From NCBI GenBank assembly GCA_963735035.1, contig CAVTJJ010000004.1, positions 1,056,001-1,120,000 on the forward strand: a stretch of DNA of 64,000 nucleotides, written 5' to 3'. Position numbers and translations under genes: made by a program. Of this stretch, positions 9,837 to 21,950 are shown piece by piece (positions within the stretch are counted from its first letter, which is position 1; each line of letters starts with the position of its first letter). Below the pieces are notes generated by a model, which did no database searches, had not been told where the DNA came from, and was given only the letters and a program-made list of their open reading frames with translations. Source of the DNA: an uncultured candidate division Zixibacteria bacterium (GTDB lineage Bacteria; Zixibacteria; MSB-5A5; GN15; FEB-12).

Positions 9837-10022
9837 GGTCAATGCCGCTAGGTTTTCTAAATTCTGTCGCTGCTTGTGAGCGGATTTCCGACCATCGGGA
9901 GGTCACATTGACCACTCTTGCCGTCAGTGAGTCGTACGGCACCTTCTCGTATCTCTCGGCTACACAGATAGTTACGAGGCGATTTCGATTTAGCCTGTCG
10001 GCCGTTCTTGAAGGGATTCGGA

Positions 10023-10757
10023 ATGAAGACTGACGTTGTTGCGGTGATTCCGGCCCGGCTCGGCTCTACGCGATTTCCAGGCAAGCTTTTGTACCGGCAT
10101 CGCGGGAAACCGCTGCTATTCTATGTCTGGCGGCAGGTTACCAAAGCGAAGTTGGTTGATCGGGTCGTGATCGCTACGGACAGCTTCGAAATCGCCTCTG
10201 CAGCAGAATCGTTTGGGGCCGAAGTTGTTAAGACGTCGAACCGTCCCAAAAGCGGCACTGACCGGGTTGCAGAAGCGGTAGCTTCTATAAGCGGCAATAT
10301 TATTGTCAATGTTCAAGGAGATTGCTTCGGTCTGAATCCCGCACTTCTGGATCGGGTCATACAGGCCATGAAGAAGGAATCTCGTATCAAGTATGCTACT
10401 TTGGCCCGCCCCGTTGCTTCCGACGAAGAACTGTTCAATCCCTCCGTTGTCAAGGTGGCGGTGGGACGGGACGGCCGTGCGCTCTGGTTTTCGCGGTTCC
10501 CGATCCCGTATTTGCAGCGGCCCGACGAAAAACCCCGGTGCAAGCAGTTTGATTTTCTCGCCCATATCGGGGTCTATTTCTTCCGCCGCGCGGGTCTGGA
10601 ATCTTTCGCGGGCTGGAAACAATCCCCGTTCGAGAAAGCCGAGTCTTTGGAACAACTTCGGATTCTTGACAACGGCGGAATAATTCAGGTCTTTACGACG
10701 CGCGCGGCTATTTTTTCCGTGGACACGCCCGCCGATTTGAATAAGATAGGCAAGTAA
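10023..10757 (+). CDS. kdsB: 3-deoxy-manno-octulosonate cytidylyltransferase
   Basis: VIPARLGSTRFPGK, SGTDRVAEA, VNVQGD, ALWFSRFPIP, HIGVY, ESLEQLR, SVDTPADL. Confidence 0.93.
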   Translation: MKTDVVAVIPARLGSTRFPGKLLYRHRGKPLLFYVWRQVTKAKLVDRVVIATDSFEIASAAESFGAEVVKTSNRPKSGTDRVAEAVASISGNIIVNVQGDCFGLNPALLDRVIQAMKKESRIKYATLARPVASDEELFNPSVVKVAVGRDGRALWFSRFPIPYLQRPDEKPRCKQFDFLAHIGVYFFRRAGLESFAGWKQSPFEKAESLEQLRILDNGGIIQVFTTRAAIFSVDTPADLNKIGK

Positions 10758-12458
<1,701 letters not shown>

Positions 12459-12508
12459 ACACCGCCAACCCCGCAACCTGGGGCATTGCAGGCCTTTTAT
12501 CATTCCGG

Positions 12509-12537
12509 TTGACAACGATCAACCTCAGGGCTATCGT
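12509..12537 (+). promoter_or_regulatory. sigma70-type promoter of the polysaccharide cluster
   Basis: TTGACA-17 nt-TATCGT. Confidence 0.45.
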
Positions 12538-12568
12538 GCCATCTACTAACGCAAGGTATTGGAATACA

Positions 12569-13912
12569 GTGAATTCGCAGATACGATTGATGCTGTTAGC
12601 CGCCTCCGCGGCAATTCTGTTCTTGGCCACCCCAGCCGTGACCGCCCAGATCAGACTTGATACCGGTTTTGTGACTACCGGAGCTCCTCCTTTTGACGAA
12701 CCGATCAATCCCGATCGATACTTGATAAGACCTGGGGAGCGTCTGGAAGTCACTTTCATCGACGTGAATCTTCCACCCCTGACTCTCACCGTCAATCCGG
12801 AAGGCCAGGTTGTTTATAGCGGGTTGGGTGTGATTGAGCTGTCCGGTTTGACCCTCAACGAGGCCAGAAAGCTGCTTATTGATGATCTGAAGAAGCTCTA
12901 CAACACGAAAGAAGTAGCGATTTCTGTGAGCTTGATCTATCCGGTTCAGGTGCAGGTTCTCGGCATGGTGAATCGTCCTGGCATCTACCGAGGATATACG
13001 TCGCAGCGCGTGAGAGACATAATCGACTCCGCCGCCGGGATAGCTCCCGGAGGATCATCGCGTAGGATTCTCTTCCGTGGCGGCCCCAACGACCTTCAGG
13101 CTGACATAGATTTAACCACCTACACTGAAAAAGCCGGGTTCAACCCGTATCTATATGGCGGTCGCAAAGTAATCGTCCCGGAACTGACCGATGTTCCGGT
13201 GACCGTGATTGGTGCGGTAGTTAACCCGCGCGATATCGAGCTGTTGCCCGGCGAAGGTCTGGCCGACCTGGTCACGCTTGCCGGCGGTCTCAAGAGTGGG
13301 GCCGATACAGCCTCTGCCGTGGCCGTCAACGAACCGTCCCGTGATATCCATCGGCCCGGCGGCATCAAACCGGGCGATCAAATTTCAGTTCCGTTCGCAG
13401 GCCGCAGCGCGGATGGGGGCGCGGTTGTGATTGTCGGCGCCGTAGCAAATTCTTCCCTTCGCGCTCCCATCGGCAGTGTTGTTACCGTGGCGGACGTGAT
13501 AGCCAAGGCCGGCGGCGTGACTCCTGAAGCAAATCGCGATCGTATTGCCGTCTTTCGGCTCATACAGCTTGAAGCGGCAACATCTGCTCCACCCCAACGT
13601 TTTCCGATCTGGATCACTCCCGGCTCGGAGACGACTTTTCATTTGAAAGCCTCCGATTCGGTTTTTGTGCCTGTCCGACTGGGGTTCGTCGAACTAAGCG
13701 GCTCAGTAGTGCGTCCAGGATTGTACCCGTACTCTGACGGTCTCAAGGTGGTCGACTGTATGACCATGGCCGGAGGACAGGTGGCTGGAATAGTGCGGGT
13801 ATCTTTTGAAATTACTGATCATGTTACGGGCGTCACCCGTTTGGTGACCGCATCGACTCCGGTAAGCGACGGCGACAAGGTGATGGTTAAATCGCTGGCG
13901 GAGGAACAATGA
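12569..13912 (+). CDS. Polysaccharide export protein with multiple SLBB domains (Wza/KpsD-like)
   Basis: Signal peptide, YLIRPGERL poly_export domain, repeated V.V.G.V..PG.Y SLBB motifs; start codon uncertain (GTG at 12569). Confidence 0.8.
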   Translation: MNSQIRLMLLAASAAILFLATPAVTAQIRLDTGFVTTGAPPFDEPINPDRYLIRPGERLEVTFIDVNLPPLTLTVNPEGQVVYSGLGVIELSGLTLNEARKLLIDDLKKLYNTKEVAISVSLIYPVQVQVLGMVNRPGIYRGYTSQRVRDIIDSAAGIAPGGSSRRILFRGGPNDLQADIDLTTYTEKAGFNPYLYGGRKVIVPELTDVPVTVIGAVVNPRDIELLPGEGLADLVTLAGGLKSGADTASAVAVNEPSRDIHRPGGIKPGDQISVPFAGRSADGGAVVIVGAVANSSLRAPIGSVVTVADVIAKAGGVTPEANRDRIAVFRLIQLEAATSAPPQRFPIWITPGSETTFHLKASDSVFVPVRLGFVELSGSVVRPGLYPYSDGLKVVDCMTMAGGQVAGIVRVSFEITDHVTGVTRLVTASTPVSDGDKVMVKSLAEEQ

Positions 13913-15114
13913 ACGGCGAATCCAAGACAAATGTGTGGGTGTTCCTGGAACTGCTCGCACGCCGTCGCGGCTTGATTCTTTCGCTCGTTCTTGTAGTTAC
14001 AATCGGCGCCGCTATCATCTCGTTCCTGCTGCCGCAATGGTTCCTGGCTACGGCACTTCTCTTGCCGCCACCGGATGAATCCACCCGCGGGGGGCTGAGC
14101 CAGCTCACTGAGATCGCCACCTATACAGGCGGTGTAAGACTCCCCGGTTTGGTCACTCCGAACGATGTCTACGCGCGGATGCTGCGCAGTCGACGCGTCG
14201 CTGACAAGATCGTCGAGAAGTTCAATTTGATGGAGCGTTACGAAGCTCCTAACGCCACCGCGCTCTATCTGGTGTTAGGCCAGCGAACGGTGGTAGGTGT
14301 AACCGAAGAAGGTCTGCTGAGCATTTCGGTGGAAGATCGCGATCCGAAGATGGCCGCCGACATGGTAACCGCCTATGTCAACGAGCTCATCCAATTGAAT
14401 CGTGAGTTGCTCTCATCGACCGCGCGACAGAAACGCGAATTTATCGAAGCCCGTCTGAATGAAATAAAGGGCCAGCTCGATTCCGCCCGGAAGGAACTTG
14501 AGAGCTTCCAACTCGAAAATCGGACGGTCAATCTGGATGAGCAGGCCAGCATGGCGCTCAATCAGGCGGTGCAGTTGAAAATTCAGCAGGCGAGCCTTGA
14601 ACTCGATATCAATATGAACCTCAAGGTGCTCGGCGAGCATCATCCGAGTCTGATTGAAAAGCGTCAGCGACTCAGTCTCATAAACCAACAGTTGGCCAAA
14701 TTGGAATGGGGTGGCGGGCGCGACAGCTCGTTTTTCTCGGTTCCGATTTCGGCCATTCCAGAACTTCGGGGACGTTATGAATCGCTCTTCGCCCGGGTGC
14801 AAGTGAATGAATCGCTCTACTCGACCTTGCTGGAACTGTACGAACAGGCGCGCATACAAGAACAGGAAAACAGCCCGACGATTGCGGTGCTCGATTGGCC
14901 GCGCGTACCGGATATCCGCTATCGGCCACAGCGGACGGTGATTGTTCTCGCCGCTTTCATTTGCTCGTTGATACTCGCCGTCTTTCTGGCGGCCTGGCTC
15001 GAGTTCGTGAAACGTATGAAAGAATCGCAGCCCCGCGACTACGACCGACTGACAATTTTCTACCGGGCGTTTTTCGGCTGGCTGCCGGGCGTCCGACGAG
15101 CCCCAAGGTTATAG
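13909..15114 (+). CDS. Polysaccharide chain-length determinant / co-polymerase (Wzz/GumC, no kinase domain)
   Basis: Two terminal TM helices, long periplasmic coiled coil, [16 protein letters not shown] motif. Confidence 0.85.
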   Translation: MNGESKTNVWVFLELLARRRGLILSLVLVVTIGAAIISFLLPQWFLATALLLPPPDESTRGGLSQLTEIATYTGGVRLPGLVTPNDVYARMLRSRRVADKIVEKFNLMERYEAPNATALYLVLGQRTVVGVTEEGLLSISVEDRDPKMAADMVTAYVNELIQLNRELLSSTARQKREFIEARLNEIKGQLDSARKELESFQLENRTVNLDEQASMALNQAVQLKIQQASLELDINMNLKVLGEHHPSLIEKRQRLSLINQQLAKLEWGGGRDSSFFSVPISAIPELRGRYESLFARVQVNESLYSTLLELYEQARIQEQENSPTIAVLDWPRVPDIRYRPQRTVIVLAAFICSLILAVFLAAWLEFVKRMKESQPRDYDRLTIFYRAFFGWLPGVRRAPRL

Positions 15115-15161
15115 CGACAGCGATTATCGCTTCAGGTACTGACAGAACAGGGAAGACCGAC

Positions 15162-15920
15162 GTGACCAACTCTTCGATATCAAAAACGGCATTTCTGGGT
15201 GAGAACACCCACCTGGGCGAATTCTGCCGCATCGGCGATAATGTCGTCATCGGCCAGGGCTGCGAAATCGGACACAATGTCGTAATCCACGACGGCACCA
15301 CGATAGGTGATCAGGTTCGAATCGACGACGGCGCTGTGATCGGAAAGCAGCCGATGCGGGCCGCCAATTCGGCCGTCACCAAAGATCAACAATTGCAGCC
15401 CGCCCGGATCGGCCCCAATTGCATCATTGGCACTGGGGCAGTGATCTATCGCGGCTGCGATATCGGTCGTAAGGTTCTGGTGGCTGACCTGGCCACTATA
15501 CGAGAAAATGTCACGGTCGGCGACTTTACTATTGTGGGGCGCGGCGTGGCGATTGAAAACTACTGCCGCATCGGCCGGTACGTTAAACTCGAAACCAATT
15601 CCTATATCACGGCGTACTCGGAACTTGATGATCGCGTGTTCATTGCCCCCTGTGTGGCGACGTCCAACGACAATTACATCGGGCGCACCGAAGAACGATT
15701 CAAGCATTTCAAAGGCATCACAGTCAGGCGAGGCGGACGCATCGGGGTCAACGCTACTATCCTTCCCGGTATCGTCATCGGCGAGGATGCCCTGGTGGCA
15801 GCGGGTGCGTTGGTCACCAAAGACGTGCCGGCGCGCAAGATCGTTGCCGGGGTACCGGCCAAAGTGTTTCGTGATGTTCCGCCCGAACAGCTTCTGGAAA
15901 ATCAAAACTGGAAAGACTGA
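15162..15920 (+). CDS. Hexapeptide-repeat sugar N-acetyltransferase (WbpD-like)
   Basis: Left-handed beta-helix repeats, [41 protein letters not shown] start inferred. Confidence 0.85.
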   Translation: MTNSSISKTAFLGENTHLGEFCRIGDNVVIGQGCEIGHNVVIHDGTTIGDQVRIDDGAVIGKQPMRAANSAVTKDQQLQPARIGPNCIIGTGAVIYRGCDIGRKVLVADLATIRENVTVGDFTIVGRGVAIENYCRIGRYVKLETNSYITAYSELDDRVFIAPCVATSNDNYIGRTEERFKHFKGITVRRGGRIGVNATILPGIVIGEDALVAAGALVTKDVPARKIVAGVPAKVFRDVPPEQLLENQNWKD

Positions 15921-15931
15921 GGTTTCGTTCG

Positions 15932-17041
15932 ATGGGTATTCCTCTTCTTGATCTACATAGACAATACGAAAAGATCCGGCCCGAAATGGATCGGGCGGTT
16001 CTGGCTGTGCTCGAAAGCTGTCATTTCATACTCGGCCCTGAAGTCAAGCAACTGGAACAACGGATGATCGAATTGTGCCGGACGAAATACGCTATCGGCA
16101 CCGCGTCCGGCACCGATGCCCTTCTGCTGGCTCTTCGCGCTGTGGGTGTGAAGCCGGGCGACGAGGTCATCACAAGTGATTTTTCATTCTTTGCCTCGGC
16201 TGGAGTGATTTCCCGTCTGGGAGCCCGACCGGTTTTTGTCGACATCGAGCCCGACTCCTACAATATCGATCCGAAACTCATCGAGGCCGCTATCACACCG
16301 CGCACCCGGGCGATTGTTCCGGTGCACTTGTACGGTCAAATGGCCGACATGGATCCGATCATGGAGATCGCGCGTCGTAGAGGCATCAAAGTAATTGAAG
16401 ACGCTGCGCAGGCGATTGGCGCTGAGTACAAGGGACACAGGGCCGGTTCGATCGGTGACCTGGGCTGTTTCTCATATTATCCGTCGAAAAACCTCGGAGC
16501 GGGAGGGGACGCTGGTATGATCGTTACCAATGACGATCAGTCCGAGAAAGATTGTCGCTCTCTGCGTGTCCACGGCGAAAGCCCGAAATATTTCCATCAC
16601 ACCGTCGGCTACAACTCGCGCCTCGATACACTTCAGGCGGCCATGTTGCTCGTTAAGTTTCCCTATTTGCAGGAATGGTCGGAAAAGCGGATCGAGCACG
16701 CACGTATATATGATAAGAGTTTCGCGGGCGTGCCTAATCTGACGGTACCGGTGGTCAAACCGTACACGACCTTCCACATCTTCAATCAGTACACTCTGGC
16801 CTCGCCGAAACGGGACCATATCATTGACGGTCTCAACAAGGCCGGCATCGGCAATTGCATCTACTACCCGCTGCCGTTCCACAGCCAGAAGTGTTTCGCC
16901 AATCTCGACTATGCTCTGGATGAATTCCCGGTTTCGACTCGGGCCTCCCAGCAGGTGTTCTCCATACCGGTCTATCCCGAACTGACTCCTGCAGAACAGC
17001 AGGAAGTGATCGCCACTGTGAGTCGACTGGCATCCGAATGA
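15932..17041 (+). CDS. DegT/DnrJ/EryC1/StrS nucleotide-sugar aminotransferase (WbpE-like)
   Basis: SGTDALLLAL, VHLYGQMAD, IEDAAQAIGA, SYYPSKNLGAGGDAG, GYNSRLDTLQAA. Confidence 0.92.
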   Translation: MGIPLLDLHRQYEKIRPEMDRAVLAVLESCHFILGPEVKQLEQRMIELCRTKYAIGTASGTDALLLALRAVGVKPGDEVITSDFSFFASAGVISRLGARPVFVDIEPDSYNIDPKLIEAAITPRTRAIVPVHLYGQMADMDPIMEIARRRGIKVIEDAAQAIGAEYKGHRAGSIGDLGCFSYYPSKNLGAGGDAGMIVTNDDQSEKDCRSLRVHGESPKYFHHTVGYNSRLDTLQAAMLLVKFPYLQEWSEKRIEHARIYDKSFAGVPNLTVPVVKPYTTFHIFNQYTLASPKRDHIIDGLNKAGIGNCIYYPLPFHSQKCFANLDYALDEFPVSTRASQQVFSIPVYPELTPAEQQEVIATVSRLASE

Positions 17042-17086
17042 AGAAATCTCCTCCCGACCCTTCAACGAATTGCCCGGAGTAACGGC

Positions 17087-18136
17087 ATGCCGGGTCGGGT
17101 GGTCATCTTTGGCTGGTCAGTATCAATTCACGTTCGTCGTTGGGTCGCTGGTCTGACCGAGCGGGGTTGGAGTATCCGTCTGATTTCCCAGGGGGGAAGC
17201 CCGATACCGGGAGTCGAGACCTTCAATCTCGGAGAGTACGGGAAATTCTCATACCTAAGACATGCCGCCGAAGCCGCTCGGCTCGCCCGAGAATACAAGC
17301 CCGATCTAGTACACGTTCATTACGCCGGTGGCTTTGGCTGGTGGGGACTGAAGTGTGATTTCGCACCGAAGCTCGTATCGGCCTGGGGATCGGATGTCGT
17401 CGGATTGGAACGAAATCTGTTGCAGCGGTTTCTGGTCCGGCGAGTCCTTCGAAAGGCTGAAGCAATTTCTGTAACCAGCGAGTTTCTTCGACGGGCGTGC
17501 AACAATCTGAGCGATGACCTGGATAGCAAGATTACCGTTATTCCTTTCGGGGTGTCGATTCCAGAGACCGTGACCCCGCTGCCACCCCCGCCCCTGAAGA
17601 TTTGTTTCATCAAATTGCATCGCCCACAGTACGGACCGGATATTCTCCTGCAAGCCATGGCGAAGGTTCGGGGTCATATTCCCGATGTCCATCTGACGAT
17701 GGCGGGTGACGGAATCATGACTTCTCGACTAAAGCGGATGTGTGCGGAGTTGGGCCTGGAATCTAACGTCGATTTTGTTGGTTTCATTCCGAACGAGCGG
17801 ATATATTCGCTGTTGAGCGCACACCATGCGATGGTGATGCCGTCGCTGGCAGAGTCGTTCGGCGTAGCGGTGCTCGAGGCCGGCGCCTGTGGACGACCGG
17901 TCATCGCCAGCCGCGTCGGCGGAGTGCCCGAAGTGATGCGTGATGGTGAAACCGGGCTGCTGGTTCCGCCGGGCGATCCGAACGCACTGGCGGACGCGAT
18001 TATCAAGCTTGCCGGTGATCGGGCGCTCTGTGCGCGCCTGGGTGAAGCCGGACGCAACTTCGTGGCCGCCCACTACCTGTGGAAGAACTCGCTGGATCGG
18101 ATGCAGGCCCTGTACGAGAGTATGATTAATGGCTGA
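17087..18136 (+). CDS. Glycosyltransferase family 4
   Basis: SAWGSDV, MPSLAESFGVAVLEAGACGRPVIASRVGGVPE. Confidence 0.9.
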   Translation: MPGRVVIFGWSVSIHVRRWVAGLTERGWSIRLISQGGSPIPGVETFNLGEYGKFSYLRHAAEAARLAREYKPDLVHVHYAGGFGWWGLKCDFAPKLVSAWGSDVVGLERNLLQRFLVRRVLRKAEAISVTSEFLRRACNNLSDDLDSKITVIPFGVSIPETVTPLPPPPLKICFIKLHRPQYGPDILLQAMAKVRGHIPDVHLTMAGDGIMTSRLKRMCAELGLESNVDFVGFIPNERIYSLLSAHHAMVMPSLAESFGVAVLEAGACGRPVIASRVGGVPEVMRDGETGLLVPPGDPNALADAIIKLAGDRALCARLGEAGRNFVAAHYLWKNSLDRMQALYESMING

Positions 18137-19286
18137 GAAACATATCCCTCTTTTTGATCTTCAACTGCCGGCCGCGTCTTTACGCGGCGTGCAGGATGTC
18201 CTGAAATCGGGCTGGCTCAATACCGGACCGAAGGTGGCCGAGTTCGAAAAAGCCATAGGGTCGCTGGTCAAAGAGAAATACGCTGTAGCAGTCAACTCGG
18301 CGACCGCCGGGCTGCAGGCGACTCTCGAGGCTCTTGGCGCCGGGCCGGGTCGCGAGGTCATTACCACATCATTCACTTTTGCCGCCACCGCAGCGTCGAT
18401 CATCCGCTCCGGGGCGATGCCGGTGCTGGCCGATATCGACCCCGCCACTTTGAATATTGATCCCGACGAAGTCGCGCGCAAAGTGACCCCACAGACTATG
18501 GCTATCCTGGCGGTCGATATCGCCGGGCATCCGGCCCAGTATCCGTCACTGTTGGCTATCAGCGCTAAACGACGCCTGCCGCTTATAGCCGATGCCGCCC
18601 ACTCACTGGGGGCGACATACGCCGGGAAATCTATCGCCCAGTTGACCGATGCCGCAATTTACTCGTTTCAGGCAACCAAGAATCTGACCACGGCCGACGG
18701 TGGCATGGTAGTCACACGCCATAAGCTTATTGCCGAGCGGGCCCGTCTGCTCACTCAGCACGCCATGACCTCGAACGCCTATCAGAGGCGCAAAGATAAT
18801 CGTTGGGAATACGATGTACTTGCGCCCGGTCTGAAAGCTAATCTAACCGATGTACATGCCGCGATTGGTCTAGGCCAGCTTGCCGGTTTCGAGGCGACTC
18901 AGAAACGCCGCCAGAAAGTCGCCGACCGGTATCTCCGTAACCTGGCCGACCTGTCCGACTATCTGGCGATTCCGGAAGTGCGGCCGGGGTGCCAGCATGC
19001 CTGGCATTTGTTCATTATTCGACTTCACCTGTCCCGTCTTAGAATCGGTCGGACCAAGCTAATGGCACTTATGTCCGAAGCTGGGATCGAATGCGGTGTC
19101 CATTATAAGCCGTTGTTCGAGATGAGTTTCTATCGTGAGCTCGGGTTCGAGGCGAAGCATTTCCCGAACGCCGTCTACGCCGGACGAAGGGTTGTCAGCC
19201 TGCCCATGTATCCTCACTTGAAACCGGCCCAGATCGACCGGGTTTGCGATGTCTTGCGCGATCTGGTCGTGCGGCACCGGCGGTAG
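18129..19286 (+). CDS. DegT/DnrJ family aminotransferase (ArnB/PseC-like)
   Basis: SGWLNTGPKV, VNSATAGL, DAAHSLGA, YSFQATKNLTTADGG, GVHYKPL. Confidence 0.9.
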   Translation: MAEKHIPLFDLQLPAASLRGVQDVLKSGWLNTGPKVAEFEKAIGSLVKEKYAVAVNSATAGLQATLEALGAGPGREVITTSFTFAATAASIIRSGAMPVLADIDPATLNIDPDEVARKVTPQTMAILAVDIAGHPAQYPSLLAISAKRRLPLIADAAHSLGATYAGKSIAQLTDAAIYSFQATKNLTTADGGMVVTRHKLIAERARLLTQHAMTSNAYQRRKDNRWEYDVLAPGLKANLTDVHAAIGLGQLAGFEATQKRRQKVADRYLRNLADLSDYLAIPEVRPGCQHAWHLFIIRLHLSRLRIGRTKLMALMSEAGIECGVHYKPLFEMSFYRELGFEAKHFPNAVYAGRRVVSLPMYPHLKPAQIDRVCDVLRDLVVRHRR

Positions 19287-19341
19287 CGACCGGGATATTC
19301 TCAGACTTGTAAAATCGGGCGGGAGTGATTATTAATCCGGT

Positions 19342-20337
19342 ATGCCTGCCAACCTTCCGCCACAATATTACGAACTCGAGCGCGAGTTCAGCAAAGAGAA
19401 GGACCCCAAAGAGCGTCTTCGGATGGCCGAGGAACTTCTCCGCATCATGCCCAAACACAAGGGGACGTCGCATCTTCAGGCCGACATGAAGACCAAGATT
19501 GCGAAACTCAAGCAGATGGTCGAGGCTCCCAAAAAAGCGGGCGGTACGAGGCAGGCGACACTTGAGGATCACATCGAACGGGAAGGCGCAGGACAAGTTA
19601 TTCTTATAGGTCCGCCCAATACCGGCAAGTCATCACTGTTAGACGTACTTACGAACGCCCACCCACTTATCGGTGACTATCCTTTCACCACGCGCGAGCC
19701 CGAGGCCGGTATGATGGAATTTGAGACAGTCCAGATACAGCTTATCGACACCCCGCCGATTTCTGTGGATCACTACGAAAATTACCTCGGCAATCTAATC
19801 CGCAACGCCGATCTCGCAGTGCTAGTCTGCGACTTGACCGATGCGGGGATGCTGGACAATGTCAAGATTCTCATCGATGTTTTGGAGACGAAACATATCA
19901 TCCTCAAGCCGGATGTTACGGAGCTTCCCGAAGACCCCAAGTACAAGTACCAGAAGACCTTGATCTGCGCCCACAAGGGGGAAGAGGACAGTTCTGGGGA
20001 GCGCCTCACAATGCTCAAGGCCCGATTCCCTGGCTTTCCAGTGACGCCGACTTCGGTGCTGGACGATGCCAGCTTGCAGGAGTTCAAGCGGGCGGTGTTC
20101 AACGGCCTGGGCATTATGCGGGTCTACACCAAGCAGATCGGGAAAGAAGTTGATCGCCACGATCCGGTAGTGCTGAAGACCGGCGGCACGGTTGAAGACG
20201 CCGCTAATTCAATTCACAAGGATTTCGGGCAGAGACTCAAGTTTGCTAAGATTTGGGGCGAGGGGAAGTTCGATGGCCAGCGAGTCAAGTCCGACTATGT
20301 GCTAAGCGACGGGGATGTGGTGGAATTTCACATCTGA
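19342..20337 (+). CDS. DRG/OBG-family GTPase with C-terminal TGS domain
   Basis: MPANLPPQY, PKHKGT, GPPNTGKSSL, DYPFTTREP, QLIDTPP, MRVYTK, IHKDF, AKIWG, DGDVVEFH. Confidence 0.9.
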   Translation: MPANLPPQYYELEREFSKEKDPKERLRMAEELLRIMPKHKGTSHLQADMKTKIAKLKQMVEAPKKAGGTRQATLEDHIEREGAGQVILIGPPNTGKSSLLDVLTNAHPLIGDYPFTTREPEAGMMEFETVQIQLIDTPPISVDHYENYLGNLIRNADLAVLVCDLTDAGMLDNVKILIDVLETKHIILKPDVTELPEDPKYKYQKTLICAHKGEEDSSGERLTMLKARFPGFPVTPTSVLDDASLQEFKRAVFNGLGIMRVYTKQIGKEVDRHDPVVLKTGGTVEDAANSIHKDFGQRLKFAKIWGEGKFDGQRVKSDYVLSDGDVVEFHI

Positions 20338-20441
20338 CGTTACTATTCTCTTTGGTGGCTTTCGCGCTATAGCTTCGTCCCTTCTGGGACGCGTGCAATA
20401 AATGCTTGACATTGAAGCAGTTCCGGGAGAAATTCATTCCT

Positions 20442-21572
20442 ATGGAGCATCCGCCCCACTTCAATTTCAAAGATGTGCTTAGAGCTCCGGCTGTAGCTCT
20501 GTCGGCCAAGCAGATTCTGGTGATGAGTCTGGCGATCCTTGCGTCGCTGGTCGTCTATGACTTTGTGGCCTATATCGCGATGATGGCTCAGGGGGAACCG
20601 CTGTTTGATTCGATTGGCGCCTATGGCCTATTCCCGTTCGAGAGTCAGCCGATCGATACATTTCTGTCCGCCGCAATCTACTGGATCGGAGTAGGTCTGG
20701 CGGTGCTGACCTTGATGCTCGGTTTCTTCGCGGTTTCGGCCATCAACATCGAGGCAGTTCGGGGCAACCGGTTCCTTTCTCCCGGCCAGGCGATTCGATT
20801 CGCGTTACAACGTTTGCCGCAGATCTTCCTGGCCGAATTGTCAATCATCCTGTTTGTCGGGTTGATCGTACTGGTGTTTGCCCTGCTGGGCCTGGTCAGC
20901 CGCTTACCGTTGATCGGTGAGTGGTTGTATGTCCTGCTGTTTGCCGTCCCGAATTTCATCATCGCCCTCTTTGCGATCTTCGTAATCTTCGTGCTGACTC
21001 TGTCGGTGTTGTTGATGCCGGCCGTGGCCGCCGCGGAACGTCGCGGCGAGACCTTTACTGCTATCCTGGAAACGTTCTCGACCATCATCCTGCAGCCCTT
21101 TCGCTGGTTCGGATATACGCTCTACTCGCTGAGCGCGGCCAAGATATGCGGATTCATCTTCGCCTACTTTGCCTATCGAGGGGTCGAATTCCTCGTTTGG
21201 TCGGCTTCGCTGGGCGGAGGCGGACGCATCGTCAATATGGCCCGTTCCAGCCTGACCCATCTTCCGGTCAGGTCGGAGTTCGTCCACGAGATCCTAAACA
21301 TCTTCCCCTGGATTCCATTCGGGTTCGATCTTCGCACTCAGGTCGGCTATCCTTCCGGGAGTGTGATCTCCTATGTGATGGCTTTCATGTTGTTCCTGAT
21401 CTTTGTTGCGGTCCTCGGGTACATTTTCTCGGTAGTAGCGGCCGGACAGGCGCGGGGGTATGTCGCCCTCAAGTTCATCAAGGACAAGTATTCGATCGCG
21501 GCCGAAGAGTCGCTCTTCTTTAAGGATGAGCCGATCAACGACCCGGTCGATCAGAGTCCCGAAAATCAATAA
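20442..21572 (+). CDS. Hypothetical polytopic membrane protein
   Basis: About 6-7 hydrophobic helices; ATG at 20442 chosen over TTG at 20406. Confidence 0.7.
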   Translation: MEHPPHFNFKDVLRAPAVALSAKQILVMSLAILASLVVYDFVAYIAMMAQGEPLFDSIGAYGLFPFESQPIDTFLSAAIYWIGVGLAVLTLMLGFFAVSAINIEAVRGNRFLSPGQAIRFALQRLPQIFLAELSIILFVGLIVLVFALLGLVSRLPLIGEWLYVLLFAVPNFIIALFAIFVIFVLTLSVLLMPAVAAAERRGETFTAILETFSTIILQPFRWFGYTLYSLSAAKICGFIFAYFAYRGVEFLVWSASLGGGGRIVNMARSSLTHLPVRSEFVHEILNIFPWIPFGFDLRTQVGYPSGSVISYVMAFMLFLIFVAVLGYIFSVVAAGQARGYVALKFIKDKYSIAAEESLFFKDEPINDPVDQSPENQ

Positions 21573-21741
21573 ATCGAATTGCCGGCAGTCTCATCGTTAT
21601 CGACTGACTCGACCCACTTTTACACGTTTGACATTTCTGTTATCTTAATGAAATTTGGTAAGTTACGCATGTGGTACAAGACCGGCCTGAGCAGCCGTGT
21701 AATCAACTGAAAAAAACTTCCAACCTAAGACCAGTTAGAGC

Positions 21742-21770
21742 TTGACTTTAGCGGCCTTCTTGTCTAATAT
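21742..21770 (+). promoter_or_regulatory. sigma70-type promoter of the giant surface protein gene
   Basis: TTGACT-17 nt-TAATAT in an AT-rich intergenic region. Confidence 0.55.
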
Positions 21771-21950
21771 AGAACATCTGACAATTGGTCTAACGCACGT
21801 TTTACGCGAATAAATACACATGAAGCCGTTCTTGGCTAGTTTTATAAGTTGGACAGGAAAATCGGGACCGCCCTAGACGTATGTCTTTGGTTGCCCGTTT
21901 TCTATGGACGAGAAAACAGGTAACGCACAAGAGAGTAACACGGAGTGCAC

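Noticed and set aside
9842..10033. 63-aa ORF just after the promoter and overlapping the kdsB start
   Set aside because: Its position fits a leaderless uORF, but there is no recognisable motif or compositional support, so it is left uncalled.
14895..15161. N-terminal extension of the acetyltransferase ORF in the ORF track
   Set aside because: It overlaps the Wzz-like gene by over 200 nt; the hexapeptide domain begins near GTG 15162.
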